Of a stretch of 64,000 bases of DNA, positions 35,382 through 44,178 are shown piece by piece (position 1 is the stretch's first letter; each line of letters opens with the position of its first letter). Origin of the DNA: an uncultured Rickettsiales bacterium (GTDB taxonomy: Bacteria; Pseudomonadota; Alphaproteobacteria; Rickettsiales; SXRF01); assembly GCA_964645205.1 (NCBI GenBank), contig CAZYBO010000003.1, forward strand, positions 634 through 64,633, written 5' to 3'. A model generated the notes under the pieces. The model was not told where the DNA came from, made no database searches, and saw nothing but the letters and a program-made list of their open reading frames with translations. A program made the translations under genes and the position numbers.

Positions 35382-36703
35382 GCTTTACGCACGGCCTTAT
35401 ACATCACCACCACGAACATCAATCCACCGATAATTGCAAGCAGACCGCCCATACCCATGAAGCCGAGCGCAGCTTTAACTGACGGCGCTATGTCGGCTGC
35501 CGCGCCGGGGGTTTTTCGTAATACGCCATATCCGCCCGACCATGCCAGCCCGCTGATATGCATCAACTGCCCACCGCCATATACGATAGGTTGCCAGTAG
35601 GCCAGCCTCCATTTCGATACGTCGCGGTAGCCGAAGCCGGGCAGCAGCGCATACGCCATGCCCATGAAGGCGAGCGTGACCCCGACGATGGAACCGTGGT
35701 AATGCGCGGGGATCACCACATTCTGCCCCTGAATCATGCCTGCTAAAATGCCCCCATAGATAAACAGCAGGAGCGAGGCCGCAAGCGACGACCACAACGC
35801 GTTTTTCTCCTTCCGCGCGCACCACACGACAGGCAGCACGAATAGCGCGAGCACGCATGGCGCGATGCCGCCCGCCCAAATCATCACGTCGGTAAAAAAC
35901 TGGCGATAGGCTTGCGAGGCGACATCGGCAGGCGCGGCAAATACCATCAGCAGCGCGGCGAGCAGGCCAATGCCGAACACACCGTAGAGCCAGTCGTTGC
36001 CGATGCGGAAATCGGGTTTGACGGCAACAGCAAGCAGCAGCCAGCACACCATCAATATCTGTGTGTGGGTAAATTGCAGGATATGACCGCCGCCCCAGAA
36101 CAGCATTTCATAATATTGCTGGCCGTCGATGACCGGCGGCACACGGGCGAACGCCGTGTAAAACACCACCAGCGCGCATACCGTAATCGCGGCTGCCGAC
36201 AACAGCGCGAAATGCAACGGCGTATACGGAGGGCGCAGGCTCAAAGCGCCGGTAAATACCCGCGCAAGCATCAGCGCCGTGCCACACCCGACCAGTGCCA
36301 GTCCCACGAAAAAAACGGGGCTATGGATAACGGGAATATAGTTGCTCATCATCGCCTCGCCCTCGGAATCGAGCGGTGAGAGCGCCATCGCCGCCATGCC
36401 TAGCGCAAAGCACAGCAGCGCGGACTCCTCAAGGTAGGGAATAAATCGCCGTGCGGACGATGTCATCATGCTCCACATGAGGCACGCAATGCACAGGAAC
36501 CATACCAGCACCGACAAATCCACATGCACCACCAGCGCCTGATGGAACAGGCCGGAAAATCCCGGCAGGCGGGAAAGCTGCGGTGTGCGCGCTACCACCA
36601 GCACCAGGGAAAACAAGCCTGCAATGGCGAGCGCAAGGGTGCCGAGGAGAAGCCAGAAGCGGGAGATAGGCCTTGGAGGGTGGGGATGAGGAGTTAGGGA
36701 CAT
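35378..36703 (-). CDS. polytopic membrane protein, distant heme-copper oxidase subunit I-like (tentative)
   Basis: About 12 TM helices. FWGGGHILQF resembles the WFFGHPEVY region and IPAHYHGS resembles the HxH helix X. No HH pair seen. The ORF-track start at 36712 is TTG; the first ATG is 36703. Confidence 0.4.
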   Translation of the reverse strand: MSLTPHPHPPRPISRFWLLLGTLALAIAGLFSLVLVVARTPQLSRLPGFSGLFHQALVVHVDLSVLVWFLCIACLMWSMMTSSARRFIPYLEESALLCFALGMAAMALSPLDSEGEAMMSNYIPVIHSPVFFVGLALVGCGTALMLARVFTGALSLRPPYTPLHFALLSAAAITVCALVVFYTAFARVPPVIDGQQYYEMLFWGGGHILQFTHTQILMVCWLLLAVAVKPDFRIGNDWLYGVFGIGLLAALLMVFAAPADVASQAYRQFFTDVMIWAGGIAPCVLALFVLPVVWCARKEKNALWSSLAASLLLFIYGGILAGMIQGQNVVIPAHYHGSIVGVTLAFMGMAYALLPGFGYRDVSKWRLAYWQPIVYGGGQLMHISGLAWSGGYGVLRKTPGAAADIAPSVKAALGFMGMGGLLAIIGGLMFVVVMYKAVRKA

Positions 36704-36753
36704 AGAAGCCAAGATGTAACATTGCTTGTGAATAAGTCGATACTCTTTTAATA

Positions 36754-37818
36754 ATGCGGCCTATGACCGCCACTACTCCCCTGTCCACACACCCAAAAGC
36801 CCTTATCATCTGGCTCATCGCCTGCCTTCTCCTCGTCACCTGCATGGTTCTGGTGGGCGGCTACACAAGGCTTTCCGGCTCGGGGCTTTCGATTACGGAG
36901 TGGAAACCGATCCACGGCAGCATACCGCCGCTTTCCGCCGTGGAGTGGGAAGAGGAATTCGCCGCCTACCGCGAAAGCCCACAATATATCAAGGTCAACC
37001 ACGGCATGACACTGGATGAATTCAAGGGCATCTTTTGGCCGGAATTCCTGCACCGGCTGCTGGGACGAATCATAGGGTTGGCTTTTTTTCTACCATTCCT
37101 GTTTTTCCTTGCGCGCGGCAACCTGAGCAGGCGAATGAGCTTCAGGCTTCTGGGCATTTTTGCACTGGGGGGATTGCAGGGGTTGATCGGGTGGCTGATG
37201 GTTAAAAGCGGGCTGGTGGACAATCCGCAGGTAAGCCCCTACCGGCTGGCGCTTCATTTAGGGACAGCCTTTTTCATTTTCGCGCTGATTTACTGGACGA
37301 TTCTGGACATTCTGGCTCCTTGGGAACAGCATCCACGTGATATTCCAACCAAAACAGTGGTTTATTTTAAAGTCTGGATGGGATTTCTCATCGCCCAGAT
37401 TATTCTTGGCGCACTGGTCGCAGGCATGCGCGCCGGGCTGGTTTATAACACGTGGCCGACCATGAACGGGCAATGGATACCTGAAAACCTTATGCATGAT
37501 GCGGTCACTTTGGTACAGTTTTCCCACCGCACATTGGCGCTTTTGCTGATTTTTTCTTTTGCATTCTGGTGGTATTCACAGCGCAAATATGTTAAAAAAC
37601 GCTCTGCTACCGCTGGGGGGACGATCCGTGATCCCGGTGTGTTGTGCCTGTGGCTTTTTGGCGCGCTGATTGCGCAGGTCGCCCTCGGCATCTACACGCT
37701 CCTTAGTCAGGTGCAATTGAACCCAGCCTTGTGGCATCAATTTTGTGCCCTGGCGGTGCTTGCAGTCGCGCTCTCGCTGTTGCACGCATTAACGACATTG
37801 CGAGTGAAGGCCAGATGA
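36754..37818 (+). CDS. ctaA: heme A synthase (COX15/CtaA)
   Basis: [16 protein letters not shown] motif, multiple TM helices and conserved His residues. Confidence 0.9.
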   Translation: MRPMTATTPLSTHPKALIIWLIACLLLVTCMVLVGGYTRLSGSGLSITEWKPIHGSIPPLSAVEWEEEFAAYRESPQYIKVNHGMTLDEFKGIFWPEFLHRLLGRIIGLAFFLPFLFFLARGNLSRRMSFRLLGIFALGGLQGLIGWLMVKSGLVDNPQVSPYRLALHLGTAFFIFALIYWTILDILAPWEQHPRDIPTKTVVYFKVWMGFLIAQIILGALVAGMRAGLVYNTWPTMNGQWIPENLMHDAVTLVQFSHRTLALLLIFSFAFWWYSQRKYVKKRSATAGGTIRDPGVLCLWLFGALIAQVALGIYTLLSQVQLNPALWHQFCALAVLAVALSLLHALTTLRVKAR

Positions 37819-39041
37819 TCGATTACGAACAGCATTTTCAGCAAAGCATCGCGCAGCTCAAGAACGAAGGTCGCTACCGCATATTCAACGACCTTGAGCG
37901 CAAAGCAGGCTCGTTCCCGCTGGCGAAAAGCCATGTCACCGGTCGCACTGTCACCGTGTGGTGCAGCAACGACTATCTCGGCATGGGGCAACATCCGAAG
38001 GTGATTGCGGCGATGGCGGAAGCGATCGGAAGGCTCGGCGCAGGCGCGGGCGGCACGCGTAATATCTCCGGCACGCATCATGCGCTGGTCACGCTGGAAG
38101 ATACGTTGGCGGAATTGCACGGCAAGGAAGCCGCGCTGGTGCTAACGTCCGGCTACGTCGCCAACGAAGCGGCGCTCGGCACGCTGGGCAGCATGCTGAA
38201 AGACTGCATCATTTTTTCCGACGCGTGCAACCATGCCTCGATGATCCACGGCATGCGCGCGAGTAAAGCCGAACGCCAGATTTTCAATCATAACGATGTC
38301 GGGCATTTGGAATCGCTGCTGAAAGCAGCCGATCCCGCGCGCCCCAAGCTGATCGCGTTCGAGTCTGTTTATTCGATGGACGGCGACGTTGCGCCGATAG
38401 AGGCATTCTGTGATCTCGCGAATAAATACAATGCTATCACCTATCTCGACGAAGTACATGCTGTAGGTATGTACGGCGCGCGCGGTGCGGGTATCGCCGA
38501 ACGCGACGACGTAATGGACAGGGTGACTATTATACAAGGCACGCTGGGCAAGGCATTCGGCGTGATGGGCGGGTATATTACCGGCTCGCGCGCGCTGGTG
38601 GATATGGTTCGCTCCTATGCGCCGGGTTTTATTTTCACCACTGCCATTCCCCCTGCCCTTGCCGCAGGCGCCAACGCAAGTATCCGGCATCTGATGGACA
38701 GCAACGCCGAACGCGAGCGCCAACAATACAACGTGCGCACGTTAAAAGACATGCTCATCAAGGCCGGGCTGCCGGTAATGCCGACGCAAAGCCATATCCT
38801 GCCGGTACTGGTAGGCGATCCCGTGCGCTGCAAGCAGGCGTCCGATATGCTGATCGAGCAATTCGACATTTATGTGCAGCCGATCAATTACCCCACCGTG
38901 CCGCGCGGCACCGAACGCCTGCGCATCACGCCCACGCCCACGCATACGCACGAAATGATGTTCGAGCTGACGCGCGCGCTGGTGTGGGTGTTTGAACGGT
39001 TGGACGTAAAGACAGAGGCAGGGCTGGTGTCGGCGGCTTAG
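37815..39041 (+). CDS. hemA: 5-aminolevulinate synthase
   Basis: [24 protein letters not shown] and the PLP-lysine context GTLGKAFG. The ATG overlaps the ctaA stop (ATGA). Confidence 0.95.
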   Translation: MIDYEQHFQQSIAQLKNEGRYRIFNDLERKAGSFPLAKSHVTGRTVTVWCSNDYLGMGQHPKVIAAMAEAIGRLGAGAGGTRNISGTHHALVTLEDTLAELHGKEAALVLTSGYVANEAALGTLGSMLKDCIIFSDACNHASMIHGMRASKAERQIFNHNDVGHLESLLKAADPARPKLIAFESVYSMDGDVAPIEAFCDLANKYNAITYLDEVHAVGMYGARGAGIAERDDVMDRVTIIQGTLGKAFGVMGGYITGSRALVDMVRSYAPGFIFTTAIPPALAAGANASIRHLMDSNAERERQQYNVRTLKDMLIKAGLPVMPTQSHILPVLVGDPVRCKQASDMLIEQFDIYVQPINYPTVPRGTERLRITPTPTHTHEMMFELTRALVWVFERLDVKTEAGLVSAA

Positions 39042-39044
39042 CCT

Positions 39045-39566
39045 TTACCAACGCGGCGTACGTGCCGCAAGATGATCGCCCACTTTTGCCATTTGTTCAG
39101 CGAGCGGCGCTAGCTGCAGCTTCTGCTGCTCCGGTGTTTTATCGAGAAGCTGCCCACTGCTGGCCGCCTGTTCAACCTGACTTACGGCATCCGCCATCCA
39201 ATTGGGAACCAGACCATTATGCGCCAGCCGCGCTACCGTGATCTCCGGTGCGAGTTCGTGCAGATGTGTACTTATCCGTTTCTCACGCAGGAAACTTTCG
39301 CCGGCTGTATCCTGAGGATATTCTCTGAATCTGGAATCCGGAATAATACTCATCCCCGCCAGCGCATTCACTGCATCTGGGTTACGCGGAATAATGCGCG
39401 ACACGATCTCTGTCCCTGGACCGGCATTCAGGCATTGTACATCGACGGCAACAACGGGACTTTTTTTATCCGGATTGACAAACGTCGCGCATAAGATTTT
39501 CCCCAACGTGTGGCTGCGATTTACCACAATATGGTGATCGCTTTGCTGTACTATTTCTTCGGTCAT
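39045..39566 (-). CDS. orphan protein, paralog of 40890-41396
   Basis: Shares IVVNR...KKSPVVAV, GLVPNW and QKLQLAPLAEQ blocks with the other copy. Has its own promoter box. Confidence 0.6.
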   Translation of the reverse strand: MTEEIVQQSDHHIVVNRSHTLGKILCATFVNPDKKSPVVAVDVQCLNAGPGTEIVSRIIPRNPDAVNALAGMSIIPDSRFREYPQDTAGESFLREKRISTHLHELAPEITVARLAHNGLVPNWMADAVSQVEQAASSGQLLDKTPEQQKLQLAPLAEQMAKVGDHLAARTPRW

Positions 39567-39614
39567 AGCTCTGCTCCTTGTCTTTCCAGCTATTATAGCA
39601 GGGTAGCTACAGAC

Positions 39615-39634
39615 GAATATGACGATTTAATGAA
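39615..39634 (-). promoter_or_regulatory. direct-repeat promoter box, orphan paralog 39045-39566
   Basis: The minus strand reads TTCATTAAATCGTCATATTC, then 17 nt, then TATAAT (39592-39597). Confidence 0.45.
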
Positions 39635-39687
39635 GATTGAAAAAATTTATATCACTGAAATAAAATAATTATTTTAGTGATTAGGTG

Positions 39688-40833
39688 CTATCCGCCCGTG
39701 CTGTAATTGATATTTTTGCGGGTAGATTGCTGCATCATGGCGTAGAGATAGTCGACCCCTTCCACATCGCGCCCATCGGAAAGATAGCGCATGCGCTCCA
39801 TGATTTTAAACGGCGTGGGTACCTGTTTGAAGCCGGTTTTTTCCACGCTTTCACGCTCAATGTCGCGGATGGCCTGTAGTGCCAACTCTGCCGCTTCGAA
39901 CATGGATTCCGGCAACTCCGCCTTGAAATACGCAGCCCGGAAACCGGCGGCATCCTGCATCAGTGTCTGCATATTTTTAAACGGAATGCGCAGCATGCGC
40001 GACATGCTTACTTCAAATAATTGCAGATTGCCCATAGTGAGCGCGGAGAATGGAGAAAGTTTGTTGCTGCCGTCAAGATAGTTGATGAGCTTCATCAGAT
40101 CCTGATCGTTCGATTTGTAACCGAGCATTTTCAGGCTGGTGAGCTCCAGGCTCTGGTCGAGCGCCTTGCGCAGCTCTTTCAATTCCACGAGGTTGCCGTA
40201 TTTCTGTTCAAGGTTCTGGCGCATGGTGTCAGACACGCGCTCGATCACTTTTTCCAGTACCGCGATGGGAACCGAGGTACGCTGCAAGATACCGCCCATT
40301 ACATCGGCGCTTTCTTTGTGGCGCTCGGTGATTTTCTCGAATGTTTTTTCGGCGATTTCCGCACCTTCGTTTTCCACGACGGTTTTAACCACCGATTCGA
40401 TACGCGTTTCCACCAGCGCGTCGGTGATGGTCTCCGATACGATTTTACGACGCGCGATGGCTTCGAGCTTCTGCGCATCTTCTGCACTGCTGATAAGGCC
40501 GAGGAGATCATTATCGCTTAACACGGTGGAATGCTCAAGAATGGGCGCAGCCACTTCATTGACGTCCGACGCCATTTTAAGAGCAATATCGGGCGGCAGG
40601 TCGATAGAGTGACTAAGGTTCATTGCCAGCACCGCACGCACCTGCACTTCCGCGCGGTTAAGCAGAAGGCTGAAAATATCGTTGGCAATCGCCGATTGCT
40701 CGTTGTTGAGGCCGCCCTCACCGTCAGCGTTGTAATGCGCGGTGAGTTTCTGGGCGACATTCATCTGCGTGGCCGCCGAACGGTCAGCCATCAATTCGGA
40801 AATGTCGTTTTGCGACAAGGCGCTTGCAGCCAT
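39688..40833 (-). CDS. DUF2336-like helical repeat protein
   Basis: The repetitive helical pattern LSHSIDLPPDIALKMASDVNEVAAPILEHSTVLSDNDLLGLI matches my memory of alphaproteobacterial DUF2336. Confidence 0.55.
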   Translation of the reverse strand: MAASALSQNDISELMADRSAATQMNVAQKLTAHYNADGEGGLNNEQSAIANDIFSLLLNRAEVQVRAVLAMNLSHSIDLPPDIALKMASDVNEVAAPILEHSTVLSDNDLLGLISSAEDAQKLEAIARRKIVSETITDALVETRIESVVKTVVENEGAEIAEKTFEKITERHKESADVMGGILQRTSVPIAVLEKVIERVSDTMRQNLEQKYGNLVELKELRKALDQSLELTSLKMLGYKSNDQDLMKLINYLDGSNKLSPFSALTMGNLQLFEVSMSRMLRIPFKNMQTLMQDAAGFRAAYFKAELPESMFEAAELALQAIRDIERESVEKTGFKQVPTPFKIMERMRYLSDGRDVEGVDYLYAMMQQSTRKNINYSTGG

Positions 40834-40889
40834 AAAACCTTTTTCAGGATACAGTTTTATGTTGATTATACAGGGGATTCGTTAAATAT

Positions 40890-41396
40890 TTATTTAGCAG
40901 AGCCGGAAAGCTTTGTCAGCGTTTTATCCAATCGCTCCAAGCGCTCTGTAAGCGGCTGTAGAAGAATTTTCTGATCTTCTATGTCTTGGCGGGTAAGATT
41001 AAAATTGCTGGCAATGCGTGAAAAATCTTCTGCTGCAGCACCTATCCAACTGGGAATCAATCCTTTTTCATACAATCCTTGAATGTTTTCTCCAGGATTC
41101 AGTTTGCGCGTCATACGCTTTAATCCGGCATTCACGAGAAACTTCCCCGCAGGCTCATTCGCGGGCATCTCACATATGTGGCCATTCGCTACATTGGTTT
41201 CATATCCTTTGCGGGCAACAATCTGTGCCGAAACGTGGGTCACGCTAAGAGGATCTGCGCTGCTCGCCTCCAGCTCAATTGCAGCAATTGGGCTTTTGCG
41301 ATCTTCATTCAGCAGTAGCATATGCACTATGTAGGAGGGGCTATGATCATAGCGATTAACTATAATAAAGCGCTTTCCCTCAGCTAAAATTTTCAT
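40890..41396 (-). CDS. orphan protein, paralog of 39045-39566
   Basis: See the paralog entry. ATG start. Has its own promoter box upstream. Confidence 0.6.
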   Translation of the reverse strand: MKILAEGKRFIIVNRYDHSPSYIVHMLLLNEDRKSPIAAIELEASSADPLSVTHVSAQIVARKGYETNVANGHICEMPANEPAGKFLVNAGLKRMTRKLNPGENIQGLYEKGLIPSWIGAAAEDFSRIASNFNLTRQDIEDQKILLQPLTERLERLDKTLTKLSGSAK

Positions 41397-41465
41397 TGCG
41401 TATCAATCCGATTTTCCAGCTATTGGCTGTCTAATTAGCCTGTATTGTAGCAAAAAAAAATGGGC

Positions 41466-41486
41466 GATTTATTAAGATTTGATGAC
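41466..41486 (-). promoter_or_regulatory. direct-repeat promoter box, orphan paralog 40890-41396
   Basis: The minus strand reads GTCATCAAATCTTAATAAATC, then 16 nt, then TACAAT (41444-41449). Confidence 0.4.
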
Positions 41487-41538
41487 TTCATTAATATCTG
41501 CGCATGAAATAAGTTATTGTTTTATAATGTTTGTGACA

Positions 41539-42651
41539 CTATGCTCGATATAGTGCGCCGCCGGTAACGGCCTTCAGAGCGCCTGTAGTGCTTGGAATCG
41601 ATAGTGGCAGCCGGTGAAGAGAGCGCACAGCAAGGAATGCGAACGCTTGCGCTTCCAGCGCATCCCCGATCCAACCCAGTGATTCCACTGCGTACACATC
41701 CTGCAACCGCCTGCGCAACGCCTGCATCAACGCAGGGTTGTGTCTCCCGCCGCCGGAGACGAACCATTGTTTCGCGGGCATCGGGAAAAACGCCGCACTT
41801 TTTTCCACGGCGGCGGCAGTGAACTCAGTGAGCGTAGCCGCTCCGTCCTCGCTGGAGAGATGCGCAATTTTATCGAGGGTGAAATAATTCCGGTCGAGCG
41901 ATTTAGGCGGGTGGCGTTCAAAAAACGGATCGTTGAGCATGGCAGCAACCAACGCATCATCACATTTCCCAGCCAGCGCAAGTGCGCCGTCGCGATCAAA
42001 ATCCTGCTTGGTTTTTTTATAGACCCAGTCGTTGAGCAACACATTACCGGGGCCGGTATCGAAGGCTAGTACATCGAGCGCGGTGACCGCATCGCCGGTA
42101 TATTCCGAGCGCCCGATCCATGTGATATTCGCGATGCCACCGATATTGACGACCACCACCGGAAGCTCCATATGCCGCGCCAGCGCTGCATGATAAAGCG
42201 GCACGAGCGGTGCGCCTTCTCCGCCTGCAGCCATATCGCGGCGACGGAAATCGCAGACCACGTCGATGCCGGTTTTCTCTGCCAGCAACGCACCGTTGCC
42301 GATCTGCCATGTAATATGTTCCGACGGCCTGTGGCTTACCGTCTGTCCATGGAAGCCGATAACGCGCACGTCGCGCCGGTGCAAACCGGCCTGTTTGAGC
42401 AGCGCTTTTACCGCGTCGGCATGACGCAGGGTAATTTCCTGTTCCACCGCCAGCATGTCGCCGCGCCCGTAGACCGCCTCGCGCAGCCTCAGCATCGTGT
42501 CGTTTTCAAAGGGCTGGGTGAGCCAGCCGCCGAACGCCAGTATATGCTCGCCGTCGGTACGGATCAGCGCCGCGTCAATGCCGTCCAGCGAGGTTCCGCT
42601 CATCAAACCCAGCGCCCAGACGCCCTCTTCCTGCATTTCTTCCATATTCAT
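41539..42651 (-). CDS. anmK: anhydro-N-acetylmuramic acid kinase
   Basis: GLMSGTSLDGIDAAL N-terminal motif. Length and the remaining pattern are typical of AnmK. Confidence 0.92.
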   Translation of the reverse strand: MNMEEMQEEGVWALGLMSGTSLDGIDAALIRTDGEHILAFGGWLTQPFENDTMLRLREAVYGRGDMLAVEQEITLRHADAVKALLKQAGLHRRDVRVIGFHGQTVSHRPSEHITWQIGNGALLAEKTGIDVVCDFRRRDMAAGGEGAPLVPLYHAALARHMELPVVVVNIGGIANITWIGRSEYTGDAVTALDVLAFDTGPGNVLLNDWVYKKTKQDFDRDGALALAGKCDDALVAAMLNDPFFERHPPKSLDRNYFTLDKIAHLSSEDGAATLTEFTAAAVEKSAAFFPMPAKQWFVSGGGRHNPALMQALRRRLQDVYAVESLGWIGDALEAQAFAFLAVRSLHRLPLSIPSTTGALKAVTGGALYRA

Positions 42652-42737
42652 CGTGTTTATCCTGTTGCTTCTTATTAAGAAGAACTTAATCTATATAGGT
42701 TAATAGAACTATAATTCACCCTGCAACAGGTTGCTTC

Positions 42738-44144
42738 ATGACTCAATACACCTCTGAATTCATGCGCGTGATGGAAGAGCGCGGGTTTATCCACCAGTGC
42801 ACCGCTGGCGAAGAAATGGATAAACGCCTCACCAAAGACCGCACCGTCGCCTATATCGGCTTCGATTGCACCGCGCCGAGCCTGCATGTGGGCAGCCTGA
42901 TCCAGATCATGGCGCTGCGCTGGCTACAAAAGACCGGTCACAAGCCGATCGTACTGCTCGGCGGCGGCACCACGAAAGTGGGCGATCCGTCGGGTAAGGA
43001 TGAGGCACGGAAAATTCTCACGCCGCAGGACATCCAAAACAACCTCACCAGCATTCGCGGCACGTTCGAGCAATATATTCGCTTCGGCGCGGGCACTACC
43101 GATGCAATTTTGGTCAACAACGCCGAATGGCTCGATAAGCTGAATTATATCGACTTCCTGCGCGACTATGGAAAATATTTCTCGGTCAACCGCATGCTGA
43201 CGCAAGACAGCGTGAAGATGCGCTTAGACCGCGAGCAGAATCTCAGCTTCCTCGAATTTAATTACATGATTTTGCAAGCCTACGATTTTGTAGAGTTGAA
43301 TCAGCGCTACGGCTGCACATTACAGATCGGCGGCAGCGACCAGTGGGGCAATATCATCATGGGTATCGATCTGCAGCGGCGCATCGATGCGGAAAAACGT
43401 TTCCAGCCCATGTCGATTGAAAAAGGCGGCAAGAAAATGCTCAAGGTGCTGGAGGTGCAACCCATGATCCAGTCCAAACGCACCGACCAGCGCGACTATA
43501 CGCCCGATGCCTTCATGCGTTACATCAATCAGGGTGACGGCCGCGAGCTGTATGGCATGACCACGCCACTGCTGGCAACGGCTGCAGGCGCGAAGATGGG
43601 CAAGACCGCATCCGGCGCGGTATGGCTGAGTAAGGATATGCTCAGCGCCTACGATTACTGGCAGTTCTGGCGCAACACGGAAGACGCCGATGTCGGCCGT
43701 TTCCTGCGCCTGTTCACCGAACTACCGATGAAGGAAATTGCCAAGCTCGAAGCACTCAAGGGCGCCGACATCAACGAAGCGAAAAAGATCCTCGCGCATG
43801 AAGTGACCAAGCTCGCGCACGGCGACCGCGCCGCAAAGCAAGCCGCCGAAACCGCGAAGAAAACCTTCGAGGAAAAAGGCGTGGGTGAAGACATCCCCGT
43901 GTTCAACATTTCCAACGCCGATATGGGGCGTGGCATCCCGGCCTATGAACTGTTCCGGCAGACCGGCCTTGCCGTGTCCGGTGGCGAGGCGCGCAGGCTA
44001 ATTCGCGGCGGTGGCGCACGCGTCAACGACCAGAAGGTGGATGACGAGAACGAATTGATCACGCCTGCATTGTTCAAAAGCGGCGCGTCGGTGAAATTAT
44101 CGGCGGGGAAGAAAAAGCATTTGATCGTGAAGCTGGTCAGCTAA
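42738..44144 (+). CDS. tyrS: tyrosine--tRNA ligase with an internal ~50-aa insertion
   Basis: HIGH-type [22 protein letters not shown]-type KMGKT and a C-terminal S4 domain. 468 aa is longer than usual. Confidence 0.95.
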   Translation: MTQYTSEFMRVMEERGFIHQCTAGEEMDKRLTKDRTVAYIGFDCTAPSLHVGSLIQIMALRWLQKTGHKPIVLLGGGTTKVGDPSGKDEARKILTPQDIQNNLTSIRGTFEQYIRFGAGTTDAILVNNAEWLDKLNYIDFLRDYGKYFSVNRMLTQDSVKMRLDREQNLSFLEFNYMILQAYDFVELNQRYGCTLQIGGSDQWGNIIMGIDLQRRIDAEKRFQPMSIEKGGKKMLKVLEVQPMIQSKRTDQRDYTPDAFMRYINQGDGRELYGMTTPLLATAAGAKMGKTASGAVWLSKDMLSAYDYWQFWRNTEDADVGRFLRLFTELPMKEIAKLEALKGADINEAKKILAHEVTKLAHGDRAAKQAAETAKKTFEEKGVGEDIPVFNISNADMGRGIPAYELFRQTGLAVSGGEARRLIRGGGARVNDQKVDDENELITPALFKSGASVKLSAGKKKHLIVKLVS

Positions 44145-44148
44145 TCGC

Positions 44149-44178
44149 TGTCATCCTTCGCGTACGCTCAGGATGGCA
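44149..44178. repeat. family B remnant, copy B4 (internally deleted)
   Basis: TGTCATCC fused to TTCGCGTACGCTCAGGATGGCA. Fills the gap between the convergent tyrS and yhdP-like stops. Confidence 0.7.
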
